The notes under the pieces are model-generated. The model was not told where the DNA came from. It saw only the letters and a program-made list of their open reading frames with translations, and ran no database searches. Shown piece by piece: positions 9,578-19,362 of a stretch of DNA of 64,000 nt; position 1 is the first letter of the stretch; each line of letters begins with the position of its first letter. This DNA comes from an uncultured Actinomycetes bacterium. GTDB taxonomy: Bacteria; Actinomycetota; Actinomycetes; Streptosporangiales; Streptosporangiaceae. The stretch spans positions 43,993 through 107,992 of the forward strand of contig CAVOOC010000035.1 of the NCBI GenBank assembly GCA_963697445.1, in the 5' to 3' direction. Position numbers and translations under genes: made by a program.

Positions 9578-9759
9578 CGCTCCTCGAACGGCTCGCCCGG
9601 CGAGCCGGGCACGATCCGCCGGCCGTCTTTCTCCGACGCCACGCGGGCGTGGCTGTATTTAGTGAGCCGCATCGGCCTCTCTCGATAGTGTCCGCTGCGC
9701 CGGTCACGCATGGGTACCAGTGTTGTCTCATCGTCGCGGCGGCGGAAAGGGGGACCGTC

Positions 9760-10236
9760 ATGCTGCTGGTAGAAGAACGAGCAGGCACCTGCCCGGTGGC
9801 CGTCCGAGCGGGTCTGCGGGATCGTCTCATCGTCCGCGCCCGGGCGCACGCCCTGGACACGGAGCTGGCCCGCGGGACGTCTGCCGAGGCGAGCGCGCGG
9901 CTGGCGCTCCGCGCCCAGCAGCTGGTGCGGATGCGCACTCGCCGCGACCTGGCCCGCGGCATCCAGCGCATCCTCGCCCAGGCAGGGCTGCCCGATGCGG
10001 CAAGCCGGCCGCCCGCGCCGGTGTGCCGGGACCGCGTGCGGGCCGCCGCCGCGGAGTTCGCGGCCCTCGCCGACCGGCTGCTGAGCCCGGCGCCGCTGCC
10101 GGCCCGGGGTGTGGCCCAGGCCCGGCTGCTGCTCACCGACGGGGGCGGTCCCGTCTACCGCCGCGGCTGCCGGGATGACCTGCGCGCCCGGGTCGCCGAG
10201 GCGCTCCGGGCGCTGGACCCGCTGCCCGGCTGGTAG
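9760..10236 (+). CDS. hypothetical protein
   Basis: The ATG at 9760 is preceded by GGAAAGGGGGA. Third-position GC is high. No family was recognised. Confidence 0.55.
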   Translation: MLLVEERAGTCPVAVRAGLRDRLIVRARAHALDTELARGTSAEASARLALRAQQLVRMRTRRDLARGIQRILAQAGLPDAASRPPAPVCRDRVRAAAAEFAALADRLLSPAPLPARGVAQARLLLTDGGGPVYRRGCRDDLRARVAEALRALDPLPGW

Positions 10237-10258
10237 CAAGCCCGCTGCCAGCCGGCGG

Positions 10259-10903
10259 TCAGGAATTCAGGTACGCCAGCACGGCCAGCACGCGCCGGTT
10301 GTCGTCCTCCGACGGCGCCAGCCCGAGCTTGAGGAACATGCTGGTGGTGTGCTTGCCGACGGCCTTTTCCGTGACGTACAGGCGCTGCGCGATGGCGGCG
10401 TTCGAGCGGCCCTCGGCCATCAGCTCGAGTACTTCGAGCTCCCGCCCGGTCAGCCTGGTGATCGGCTCGTCGTGCGACCGGCGGCCGAGCAGCTTGGTCA
10501 CCACGTCCGGATCCATCACCGTGCCGCCGCCGGCCACCGTGCGGATCGCGTTGACGAACTGGTCGTCGTTGAACACCCGGTCCTTGAGCAGGTAGCCGAC
10601 CGCGCCCGCCTGGTCGGCGAGCATCTCGCGGGCATACAGCTGCTCGACGTACTGCGACAGCAGCAGCACGGGCAGGCCCGGCACCTCCCGCCGCGCGGCG
10701 AGCGCGGCCTGCAGCCCGTCGTCGGCGAAGCTGGGCGGCAGCCGGACGTCCACGACCGCGACGTCAGGCCGGTGCTCCAGCAGGGCGGTCAGCAGCCGGG
10801 GGGCGGTGTCCACCGCCGCGGCGATCTCGAAGCCGTGCGCCGCCAGCAGCCTGGTCAGCCCGTCCCTCAGCAGGAAGAGGTCTTCGGCGACGACAACGCG
10901 CAC
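10259..10903 (-). CDS. NarL/FixJ-family response regulator
   Basis: VRVVVAEDLFLLRDG...DVAVVDVRLPP is a REC domain. LTGRELEVLELMAEGRSNAAIAQRLYVTEKAVGKHTTSMFLKLG is a LuxR HTH. The start codon is GTG. Confidence 0.92.
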   Translation of the reverse strand: MRVVVAEDLFLLRDGLTRLLAAHGFEIAAAVDTAPRLLTALLEHRPDVAVVDVRLPPSFADDGLQAALAARREVPGLPVLLLSQYVEQLYAREMLADQAGAVGYLLKDRVFNDDQFVNAIRTVAGGGTVMDPDVVTKLLGRRSHDEPITRLTGRELEVLELMAEGRSNAAIAQRLYVTEKAVGKHTTSMFLKLGLAPSEDDNRRVLAVLAYLNS

Positions 10904-12636
10904 GGCACCTCCATGACGATCATGGTAGGCCCGCCCGGCGGGCTGCTGACCGCGAGGATGCCGTCGAAGGTGCCCAGCCGCCGTTCGATGCCTGCCAGCC
11001 CCGTGCCGCGGCCGGGGTCGGCGCCGCCGGCGCCGTCGTCGGTCACCTCGATCCGCAGCATGCCCTGGGCGTGCTGCATGCGGATGTGCACGCGGCGGGC
11101 GCCGGAGTGCCGCACCGCATTGGCCAGTGCTTCGGCGACCGCGAAGTAGCAGGCCGACTCGACCGGCGCCGGCGGCAGGCCAGGCAGGGTGATGTCCAGC
11201 TCGGTCGGCAGGGGCGTGTCCAGGGCGAGTGCCTGGACCGCGTGACCCAGCCCGCGATCGGCGAGGACGGGCGGGTAGATGCCGCGGACCAGGCTGCGCA
11301 GGTCAGCCAGCGCGCGCAGCGAGGTCTCCCGCGCCTCGGCCACCAGGGCCAGCGCCGCCTGCGGGCTGGCCGGCAGCATTCGCTCCACGGCCCGCAGGTT
11401 CATGCCGAGCGCGATCAGCCTGGCCTGCGCCCCGTCGTGCAGATCCCGCTCGATCCGGCGCAGCTCGGTGGTCGCCGCGCTGATGACCTGGCCGCGGGAC
11501 TCGGTCAGCCGCTGCACCTGGCCGGCCAGCCCCGTGTCAGGTGCGTCGGTGAACACCGAGCGCAGGTGCGCGGCGATGGTCCGGGGCACCAGCCACGCGC
11601 CGAGCGCCAGGAACACGCTGGCCTCGGCGCCTGCCAGCAGCGCCGACTGCCTGCTGTCCACCAGCAGGAGCCCGTACTGCACCGGGCTGCTGAACGCCGC
11701 GGGACTGAGGAACGGCGGGCCCGGCGCCGACTGCCACTTCGCCGCGATTTCAAACCCGTAGAGCGCGAACGCCGCAAGCGTGACCGGCACAAGATCGGCG
11801 GCGACCTTCGGCCATTTCACCGCGACCACGATCGCCGCGATGACCATGGCCACGGTCCACGGCCGCACCCCGAACACCGTTAGCCCGAACAGCGCCACGG
11901 GGACCAGCAGGACGCCCCACCGGTTCTCCCGCATGTGCTCGCGCAGCCGCTGCGTGAGCGTAGCTGCGCGGTCCACGACCGCTACCATCGTGCGCGGAAC
12001 GAGCCACAGGCCGAGGGTGAGCAGGATGAGCGCGACCAGGACGAGCAGCTTGCCGTGCCACAGGCCGGCCGGGTGCACCATCACCGGCCCCTTGGGGTAG
12101 GTGGCCGTCCAGATGACCTTGCGGAAGGGGCCCTTGGTCACGACGATGCGGCGGCCCTGCGCAGATGCGGCGAACTTCTGCAGGGCGAAGGCCGCTTTCG
12201 CCTTGTCGAATGCGATCGCAGGCAGCGGAACGGGCGGGTTGAACCCCGCAGGGGACGGGACGGGCGCGTTGAACGCGGTGCCGGGGGGCGGAACAGGCGA
12301 CTTGAACCCCCGGGGGGACAGCTTCAACCCCGCGCGAGTCGCCACCCTGGAAATGTTGAAGCTGATCGGGCGGGCGAACCAGCCCACGGCCGAGGACCCG
12401 GCGACCGCGAGGCCCGCCAGCCCGGCCGCAATCATCGAGACCGGGACCAGGCTGGCCGCCGCGGCGGGCCGCCACAGCAGGACGACGACCGCCGCCGTCA
12501 GCAGCGCCAGCGTCCACATCTGGACGCCGAACAGCGCGACGCCCATCGCGGCCGTCGGCACGAGCATCGCGCCCCAGCCGAACCGGCGCAGCACCCGGGC
12601 GAGCGACTTCCACAGGATCTTCATGACCAGCCACAT
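10867..12636 (-). CDS. sensor histidine kinase (HisKA_3/HATPase_c) with an internally duplicated polytopic N-terminal module
   Basis: The H-box is LRRIERDLHDGAQARLIAL. The ATPase part contains VAEALANAVRHS and DDGAGG. Its 3' end overlaps the response-regulator start by 37 nt. Confidence 0.9.
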   Translation of the reverse strand: MWLVMKILWKSLARVLRRFGWGAMLVPTAAMGVALFGVQMWTLALLTAAVVVLLWRPAAAASLVPVSMIAAGLAGLAVAGSSAVGWFARPISFNISRVATRAGLKLSPRGFKSPVPPPGTAFNAPVPSPAGFNPPVPLPAIAFDKAKAAFALQKFAASAQGRRIVVTKGPFRKVIWTATYPKGPVMVHPAGLWHGKLLVLVALILLTLGLWLVPRTMVAVVDRAATLTQRLREHMRENRWGVLLVPVALFGLTVFGVRPWTVAMVIAAIVVAVKWPKVAADLVPVTLAAFALYGFEIAAKWQSAPGPPFLSPAAFSSPVQYGLLLVDSRQSALLAGAEASVFLALGAWLVPRTIAAHLRSVFTDAPDTGLAGQVQRLTESRGQVISAATTELRRIERDLHDGAQARLIALGMNLRAVERMLPASPQAALALVAEARETSLRALADLRSLVRGIYPPVLADRGLGHAVQALALDTPLPTELDITLPGLPPAPVESACYFAVAEALANAVRHSGARRVHIRMQHAQGMLRIEVTDDGAGGADPGRGTGLAGIERRLGTFDGILAVSSPPGGPTMIVMEVPCALSSPKTSSC

Positions 12637-12737
12637 ACGGCCAATATGGCCCCCGTCCGGCCACTCGCGCCATGGGGCAGCGCCTAGTTCCCTGGTGGGC
12701 CTGGGCCTACCCCGGCGACGGCGGGTACGGTGCCGAC

Positions 12738-13229
12738 ATGACGGATCCGGCAGCGGCGAGCGCCGCTGACATGCTCGAGGTGGCCATCGAGGAGGCCCGC
12801 GCCGGGCTGGCCGAGGGCGGCATCCCGATCGGGGCGGCTCTGTTCGGCGCGGACAGGACCTTGCTCGGGCGCGGCCACAACCGGCGGGTGCAGGACGACG
12901 ACCCGTCCGTGCACGCCGAGACCGCGGCGTTCCGGGCGGCCGGGCGGCAGCGCACGTACCGGGGCACCACGATGGTGACCACGCTGTCGCCGTGCTGGTA
13001 CTGCAGCGGGCTGGTGCGGCAGTTCGGGATCACCCGCCTGGTGGTGGGCGAGTCGGCCACGTTCCACGGCGGGCACGACTGGCTGGCGCGGCACGGCGTC
13101 TCGGTCACGGTGCTCGACGACGCCCGCTGCCGTCAGCTGATGACGGACTTCATCACGGCTCACCCAGCGCTGTGGTTCGAGGACATCGGCCAGGACGAGC
13201 CAGGCAACGATTCGGGCACATCGCGGTAA
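12738..13229 (+). CDS. cytosine deaminase, yeast Fcy1-like (CMP/dCMP deaminase zinc-binding fold)
   Basis: The HAE and PCxxC zinc motifs are present (VHAETAAF, LSPCWYCSG). The C-terminus ...VTVLDDARCRQLMTDFITAHPALWFEDIGQ closely parallels the Fcy1 C-terminus as I recall it. Confidence 0.85.
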   Translation: MTDPAAASAADMLEVAIEEARAGLAEGGIPIGAALFGADRTLLGRGHNRRVQDDDPSVHAETAAFRAAGRQRTYRGTTMVTTLSPCWYCSGLVRQFGITRLVVGESATFHGGHDWLARHGVSVTVLDDARCRQLMTDFITAHPALWFEDIGQDEPGNDSGTSR

Positions 13230-13268
13230 CAAGGCGCTTACCAGGTCATTCCTGGTTATTATGCGCTC

Positions 13269-14217
13269 GTGGACGCTGAGACAGCGCTTCCGCGCCGGGT
13301 CTCCGCCCGAGCCCGGCCGCAGGGTCGTCACCGCAGCCCGGACCGGCTCTCGGTTCCGCATGCCGCGCCCGTCCTGGTGCTCGCGGTGCCGGCGGCGGAG
13401 TGCGCCGCGAGCGCGGAGATCGCCGCCGGGATAACCGCCGTGGCGGGAAGCCTGTGCCCCGCGGCCGCCATCCGCGTCGGTTACGCCGGCGACGGGGTGA
13501 CGAGCCTGGCCGCCGTGCTCGCCGCCATCGCGGCGGAGCGGGAGGCGCCGGCCGCCGGGACGGCGCCCGACGGGGGCGAGGACTGCCCGTACGCTGCCGT
13601 CGTGATTCCGGTATCCGTCGCCCCCGACCCCTGCGGTGATGCCCGCGTCGCGGACGTCGTCGGCCAGGCGGGTCCCGCCGTCACCCTCACGCCGCCCCTG
13701 GGCCCGCACCCGCTGCTCGCCGCCGCGCTGCACGACCGGCTGGCCGAGGCCGCGCTGGTGCCGCCGCGGCGGATCTCGGGCCTGACCCTGGTCACGACGG
13801 CGGTCGGCGTGCTCATAGGAGCTGCCCGGCGAGCTCGCGCTGCCGGCGGCGCAGACCGTCGCCGTGCTGCTCGCCGCCCGGCTGGGCCTGCCGGTGACCG
13901 CGGTCCAGCTTGGCAGCAGGGACAGCCTCGACGACGGCGTCGCCGGGCTGCGGGACGCCGGGGCTGCCCGCCTCGCGATGGCTCCGTATGTGGTCGGGCC
14001 GGAGATCGCCGCCGGGGAGCTCGCCGCGGCGGCGGCTGGCGCCGGCGCCGCGTGCGCGCCGGTGCTCGGCGCGCATCGCGCCCTCGGGCAGCTGGTCACG
14101 ATGCGCTACGGCGCTGCCCTGCTTGACCCCCGCCCGCAGGATCCGGCGCCCGTCGCCCCGCTAGACCACCAGATCGCGTGGCCGGTCAGGTCGCGTAGCG
14201 CACCACGCCGTCGGTGA
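13269..14217 (+). pseudogene. CbiX/SirB-like sirohydrochlorin chelatase family protein, two domains, frameshifted as assembled
   Basis: Domain 1 (…PPLGPHPLLAAALHDRLAEA) is in frame 0. Domain 2 (…LAMAPYVVGPEIAAG…APVLGAHRALGQLVTMRY) is in frame 1. The junction is near 13816-13835. The start is uncertain. Confidence 0.6.
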
Positions 14218-15295
14218 CCGACGCGCGGAGCCTGCCCTGGCGGACCAGCACGTCCAGGTGCGCGGCGGTCTCCATCACCGCCATCATCTGGTTGAACATG
14301 TCCAGCTCGTCGAAGTGCCGCTCCCGGCGGGTCCAGGTCAGCGCCCGCGCTGCCTCGTACGCCGTGGCGGCGCCCTGCCGGATCACCTCGGCGCAGGCGT
14401 CCAGCCGCCGGTCATGGTGCTCGATCAGCCCGTCGACCCGGGCGTGCACGCTGTCGGTCACCGGACCGTGGGCCGGCAGCAGCCGCAGGTCCGGCAGGGA
14501 CCTGACCAGGCGGAGCGAGCCGAGGTAGTCGCCGAGCGGCAGCTCCGGCCGGCACGCCTCGAAGCCGATCGACGGCGTGATGTGCGGCAGCACGTGGTCG
14601 CCGGCGAACATCAGGCCGTTGTCCATGTCGGCAAAGACGACGTGGCCCTGGGTGTGGCCGGGGGTGGAGACAACCCGCAGCGTTCTGCCGTGGACGTCGA
14701 TCTCCTGGTCCGCGGCCAGCCACTCGTCCGGCTTCTCCCACTCGCCGTCGTCGTCGCGGTCGTGCGTCTGGCGGGCGATCCGCTCGGCCAGCTCGGCGGC
14801 ACCGCAGCGCCGCAGCAGCTGGCCGTAGTTGTCCCACGGACGGCCGTGGCCGTCGATGATGTACTCCAGCGGTTCCTGCTCGCCCGCGCCCAGCAGGACC
14901 TGGGAGCCGAACAGACGGCGCACGGTGAGCGCGAGGGTGTAGTGATCGCGGTGGACATGGGTGACCAGGAACCTGCGCACGTCACCGAGCTCGTGGCCGA
15001 TGCTGGCCAGCGCGGCTTCCAGCTGCTGCCTGGCCTCGGTCAGCGCCCAGCCGGAGTCGATCAGGGTCAGGCCGCTGCCGTCGGCGATCGCGTAGACGTT
15101 GACCGCCCGCAGCCCGTCGTTGGGCAGCGGAAGCGGGATCCTGTGCACGCCCGGAGCGACGGCGAATGCCCCCGGCAGCTCCCAGTCGCGCGAGCGCGGG
15201 ACGTACTGGCCGGCCGCCGGGTCGGTTGCGCGGTCGCCGCTGATGGCTCCTCCTGATCGGCCCGTGTCGGGTGACTTCTCTCCGACCTTAGCCAA
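14186..15295 (-). CDS. MBL-fold metallo-hydrolase
   Basis: VTHVHRDHY is the HxHxDH motif, and TPGHTQGHV and a later Asp/His are present. The start is uncertain: an in-frame TTG at 15295 or the GTG at 15148. The long track ORF reaching 15670 overlaps the divergent gene. Confidence 0.82.
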   Translation of the reverse strand: MAKVGEKSPDTGRSGGAISGDRATDPAAGQYVPRSRDWELPGAFAVAPGVHRIPLPLPNDGLRAVNVYAIADGSGLTLIDSGWALTEARQQLEAALASIGHELGDVRRFLVTHVHRDHYTLALTVRRLFGSQVLLGAGEQEPLEYIIDGHGRPWDNYGQLLRRCGAAELAERIARQTHDRDDDGEWEKPDEWLAADQEIDVHGRTLRVVSTPGHTQGHVVFADMDNGLMFAGDHVLPHITPSIGFEACRPELPLGDYLGSLRLVRSLPDLRLLPAHGPVTDSVHARVDGLIEHHDRRLDACAEVIRQGAATAYEAARALTWTRRERHFDELDMFNQMMAVMETAAHLDVLVRQGRLRASVTDGVVRYAT

Positions 15296-15335
15296 TGAGG
15301 CTGGCGTTCCGCCGGCCGGTACGTCCCTTGACGGG

Positions 15336-17021
15336 GTGTCACGTACATCACAAACTGGCGGTCTGAAGAATCGACGCAGCGGGGCGTCGGCGATCGTGCA
15401 GGCGCTAGCAGAGACCGGTACCGGGGTCCTGTTCGGCGTGCCAGGCGGCGGCCCGAACCTGGACGTGGTCGGCGCCGCGGCCGCGTCCGGGCTGCGGTTC
15501 GTCCTGGCCCGCGGCGAGACCGCAGCGGTGATCATGGCTGCTACCTGCGCCGACCTGACCGGCACGGCCGGCGCGGCGGTGGTCACCCGGGGACCGGGGC
15601 TGGCCAGCGCGGTCAACGGCATCGCACACGCGGCGCTTGACTGCCTGCCTGTCGTCGTCATCGCCGACACCGTGGCGGCGGCCGACGCCGACCGGATCAG
15701 CCATCAGCGGATCGACCAGGCGGGGCTGGGCCGGTCGGTCGCCAAGGCGGTGGCGACCGTCGGCGGGAACGGGGCCGGCCAGACGGCCGGGCGCCTGGTC
15801 CGGCTGGCCCTCGAGCCGCCGCCCGGGCCGGTGCTCGCGAACATGGACGACAGCGCCCCGGCCACCGATGACCTGGCCGGCGTTTCCGCGGAAACGCCGG
15901 CCGCCGGCGGCGGGCTCGCGCCGCTGGCCGAGGCGGTGCGCACAGCCCGGCGGCCGGTAGTGCTGCTCGGCGCGGACGCCATCGCCAGCACCGCTGCCAT
16001 CCGCGGCGCGCTGGCCGGCAGCGGCATCCCGGTCCTGCACACCTACCGGGCCCGGGGCATCGTGCCCGACTCGGCCGCCGAGGCCGCGGGCCTGGTCACC
16101 GGCGGGACGATGGAGTGGCCGCTGCTCGCGGCCGCGGATCTGATCGTCGCGCTGGGCGTGAACGAGGCCGAGATGATCCCTGCGGGCTGGGACTATGCCG
16201 CCGCGACCATGCTGGTCAGCCAGCCAGGCGCAGTTCCGGCGGGGGGTTACTTTACCGGCGCGACGGCGCTGACGGCGCCGCTGGCCGCGGCGGCCGGCCT
16301 GCTGGCCGCCGGCCCCGGGCACGACTGGCCGGCCGCCGCCGGCCGCGCGGCCAGGACGGACGCGGTCCGGCGGCTCGGCTCGGTCGCCACCGCCGCCCCC
16401 GGGCTGCTGGCTCCGCAGCAGGTCGCCGCCGCGGTACGGGCGCGCACGCCGGCCGAGACGATCGCCACCGTGGACGCGGGCGCGCACATGCTGGTCGTCA
16501 TGCCGCTGTGGGAGGTGAACGAGCCGCGACGGCTGCTCGTCTCCAGCGGGCTGGCCACGATGGGCTACGCCCTGCCCGCCGCCATCGCCGCTGCCCTGTG
16601 CGCCCCGCAGGCGCCGGTGGTGGCCTTCACCGGGGACGGCGGCCTGGGCATGGCGCTGGCCGAGATCGAGACCGCCGTCCGGCTCGCGCTGCGGGTCATC
16701 GTGGTCGTCTTCAACGACGCCTCGCTCAGCCTCATCAAGATCAAGCAGAGACCCGCCGGGCAGGGCGGCGCCGAAGCGGTGGATTACCGCCCGGTCTCGT
16801 TCGCGGCCGCCGCCGCCGCGATGGGCGCGGCGGGGGCAACGGTCAGCACGGCCGGGGCGCTGGCCGCCGAGCTGGCAGCCGCGCTGCGCCGGGACGGCCC
16901 CACCGTCATCGACACCCTGGTCAACCCGGCCGGCTACCCGGCGGTCATGGACCTGACCCGCGGTCAGGCCGGGCGCAGGCCCGTGCCCGGTCTCGCTCAT
17001 GCAAAGGAGAATGCGCAGTGA
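15336..17021 (+). CDS. thiamine-pyrophosphate-dependent enzyme, acetolactate synthase large-subunit-like
   Basis: The N-terminal TPP-pyrimidine domain reads IVQALAETGTGVLFGVPGGG...VVTRGPGLASAVNGIAHA. The C-terminal TPP-binding motif reads FTGDGGLGMALAEIETAVR...VVVFND. The GTG start at 15336 is tentative. Confidence 0.85.
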   Translation: MSRTSQTGGLKNRRSGASAIVQALAETGTGVLFGVPGGGPNLDVVGAAAASGLRFVLARGETAAVIMAATCADLTGTAGAAVVTRGPGLASAVNGIAHAALDCLPVVVIADTVAAADADRISHQRIDQAGLGRSVAKAVATVGGNGAGQTAGRLVRLALEPPPGPVLANMDDSAPATDDLAGVSAETPAAGGGLAPLAEAVRTARRPVVLLGADAIASTAAIRGALAGSGIPVLHTYRARGIVPDSAAEAAGLVTGGTMEWPLLAAADLIVALGVNEAEMIPAGWDYAAATMLVSQPGAVPAGGYFTGATALTAPLAAAAGLLAAGPGHDWPAAAGRAARTDAVRRLGSVATAAPGLLAPQQVAAAVRARTPAETIATVDAGAHMLVVMPLWEVNEPRRLLVSSGLATMGYALPAAIAAALCAPQAPVVAFTGDGGLGMALAEIETAVRLALRVIVVVFNDASLSLIKIKQRPAGQGGAEAVDYRPVSFAAAAAAMGAAGATVSTAGALAAELAAALRRDGPTVIDTLVNPAGYPAVMDLTRGQAGRRPVPGLAHAKENAQ

Positions 17022-17539
17022 CCATCACCGTTGCGAAGTTCAGGGATGTCGCCGACGGGACCCAGCCCGGTCAGTTCATGATCGGTGACCGGGAGCCGGT
17101 GACCAGCCTGGCCGACCTCGACCCGGTCTACAAGCGGCTGCTCGACGAGCCGGTAACCGCCGTCGTGGCCGTCATGGGCACCGACGGCCAGCCCAACCTG
17201 ACCCCGGTCTGGTTCGACTACGACGGCGACACCGTGCTGCTGAACCTGGCCACCCACCGCAAGAAGGTGGACTGGCTGCGCCAGGCCCCGCACGCCACGT
17301 TCCTGCTGATGAACCCGGAGAACCCCTACCACTGGCTCAGCCTGAAGACCGTAGTGAGGCGCGAGGTCTCCGAGGACGACCCGGCCGAGGGGCAGCGGGT
17401 CACCGACCAGCTGGACCGGATCTGGGTGAAGTACACCAAGGGCGACCCGCCCTACGCGCTGCGCGACCCGTCGATGGACGAGCGGCGGGTGCTGTTCGAG
17501 CTCGAGGTGGTCAAGGTGGCCACGTTCGGCCGCCCGTAG
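17018..17539 (+). CDS. PPOX-class (pyridoxamine 5'-phosphate oxidase-like) probable F420-dependent oxidoreductase
   Basis: The GTG start follows AAGGAGA and overlaps the upstream stop (GTGA). TAVVAVMGTDGQPNLTPVWFDYDGDTVLLN is the split-barrel pattern. Confidence 0.75.
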   Translation: MTITVAKFRDVADGTQPGQFMIGDREPVTSLADLDPVYKRLLDEPVTAVVAVMGTDGQPNLTPVWFDYDGDTVLLNLATHRKKVDWLRQAPHATFLLMNPENPYHWLSLKTVVRREVSEDDPAEGQRVTDQLDRIWVKYTKGDPPYALRDPSMDERRVLFELEVVKVATFGRP

Positions 17540-17572
17540 CGGCCGCGCTGCTGACCGGAAGGATCACGGCCG

Positions 17573-18760
17573 GTGTCCAGGATGCCCCGTGTCATCGTCA
17601 TGGGCGGGTCGATCGGCGGCCTCACCGCGGCGCTGCTGCTGCGGGACGCCGGCTGTGACGTCCGGGTCTTCGAGCGGTCGTCGGCCGCGCTGCGGGCCCG
17701 CGGCGTCGGCATTGCCGCGCTGCCCGAGACGCTGCGCTACCTGACCGAGAGAGGCGGCTGCCAGCCGCGCGACGTGTGCTCATCCACTAGCTGGATCCGG
17801 TTCGTCAACCGCGACGGCAGCCCGCGGCACGTGCGGGCGCACCGGTACCTGTTCTCGTCCTGGAACACCATCTACCTGTCCCTGCTGCGGCTGTTCGACT
17901 CCGGCCGTTACCTGCTCGGCGCCGAGGTGACCGGCTTCGAGCAGGGCGCGGACACGGTCAGCGTCACGCTGGCAGACGGCGCCGCGGCCGAGGCCGACCT
18001 GCTGGTCTGCGCCGACGGGGTCACCTCGCTGGCCAGGACCCGGCTGCTGCCGGACGTCACGCCGTCGTACTCGGGCTACGTGGCCTGGCGCGGCACGCTG
18101 CCGGAAGCGGCGCTACGGCCTGCCACCCGCCAGGCACTGGGCGATGCGCTGACCTACCAGGTCCTCGACGGCAGCCACATCCTGGTGTATCCCATCCCGG
18201 GGCCGGACGGCGCACTGGCCGAGGGCGACCGGCTGGTCAACTTCGTCTGGTACGTCAACGTCGCCGAGGGCGCCGCGCTGGACGCGCTGATGACCGGGCG
18301 GGACGGCGCGCGGCGGACGGCGTCGCTGCCGCCCGGCGCCGCGACCGGGGCCGCCGTGGACGCGATGCGGCAGGCCGCCGGGGAACTGCTGGCTGGCCCG
18401 GTCGCCGAGGCCGTCACCGGCGTGGCAGAGCCGTTCGTCCAGGTCGTCTACGACATCGAGGTACCCCGGATGGCATTCGGCCGGGCCTGTCTGCTCGGCG
18501 ACGCCGCGTTCGCGGTCCGCCCGCACGCGGCGGCCGGCACGGCCAAGGCGGCCGCGGACGGCTGGGCGCTGGCCGGGGAGCTCGCGGCGGCCGGCGGCAA
18601 CGTGCCCGCCGCGCTGGCCGGGTGGCAGCAGCGGCAGCTCGCGCTGGGCCGTGCCCTGCTGGCCCGGTGCCGCGCGATCGGCGACAGCTCGCAGTTTCAC
18701 TGCACATTCCGGCCCGGCGACGAACGACTGATCTTCGGCCTGCACGGGCCGGGAAATTGA
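17573..18760 (+). CDS. FAD-dependent monooxygenase (aromatic-ring hydroxylase family)
   Basis: VIVMGGSIGGLTAALLLRDAGCDVRVFER is a GxGxxG dinucleotide fold. LLGDAAFAVRPHAAAGTAKA is the GD/FAD-ribityl motif. Confidence 0.88.
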   Translation: MSRMPRVIVMGGSIGGLTAALLLRDAGCDVRVFERSSAALRARGVGIAALPETLRYLTERGGCQPRDVCSSTSWIRFVNRDGSPRHVRAHRYLFSSWNTIYLSLLRLFDSGRYLLGAEVTGFEQGADTVSVTLADGAAAEADLLVCADGVTSLARTRLLPDVTPSYSGYVAWRGTLPEAALRPATRQALGDALTYQVLDGSHILVYPIPGPDGALAEGDRLVNFVWYVNVAEGAALDALMTGRDGARRTASLPPGAATGAAVDAMRQAAGELLAGPVAEAVTGVAEPFVQVVYDIEVPRMAFGRACLLGDAAFAVRPHAAAGTAKAAADGWALAGELAAAGGNVPAALAGWQQRQLALGRALLARCRAIGDSSQFHCTFRPGDERLIFGLHGPGN

Positions 18761-18767
18761 GGGACAG

Positions 18768-19139
18768 ATGACAGCGACGGTCCTGCGCGAGGAAGCCTTC
18801 GACCCGGCTGACTACCGCGGCGAACTGGCCGCGGCCCCTGGCAACACCGATGTCGGCACGAGGCTGTGGTACTCCAACGACCGCGTCCGGGTCTGGGAGG
18901 TCCGGCTGCAGCCCGGCGAGCGCGGGCCGTTCCACGCCCACACCCGCCGCTATTTCTGGACGGTGGTGGACGGCGGGATCGGCCGCCAGCGCAGCGCCGA
19001 CGGGACGATGATCACTCGCGAGTACCACGTCGGCGACACCAGCTACTCCGAGCACTCCTCCGGCGAGCCGATGATTCACGACTTCGAGAACGCCGGCGAC
19101 ACCCCGATCCGGTTCGTGACCGTGGAACTGCTGGACTGA
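18768..19139 (+). CDS. cupin-domain protein
   Basis: Small beta-barrel signature (…GERGPFHAHTRRYFWTVVDG…HDFENAG…). The ATG is preceded by GAGGGA. Confidence 0.7.
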   Translation: MTATVLREEAFDPADYRGELAAAPGNTDVGTRLWYSNDRVRVWEVRLQPGERGPFHAHTRRYFWTVVDGGIGRQRSADGTMITREYHVGDTSYSEHSSGEPMIHDFENAGDTPIRFVTVELLD

Positions 19140-19362
19140 AGGTCAGCTCCCGGATCCGGGCGAGGTGGATGCTGGGTGAACTTAATGTGTACGCCGGGTG
19201 AATTACACTGTCGGCTGCGCGCCGCTACCCCTGGTAAGGATCATGTGACTCCGGCCGGGGACGCGGTGCCCGGTTAGGCTGCAGGCAGACCAGCTCGCCC
19301 CGACGGCCGGTCCAGGGACCGGAGCCTCGGCAGCGGCGGGGTCTTGGCGGAGGAGGGCCCGC

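Noticed and set aside
9590-9606. GC-rich palindromes in 5' regions, for example GGCTCGCC-C-GGCGAGCC upstream of the HAD gene and GGCCCGC-C-GCGGGCC at about 38645.
   Set aside because: Short all-GC palindromes arise frequently by chance at this base composition, and nothing else supports a function.
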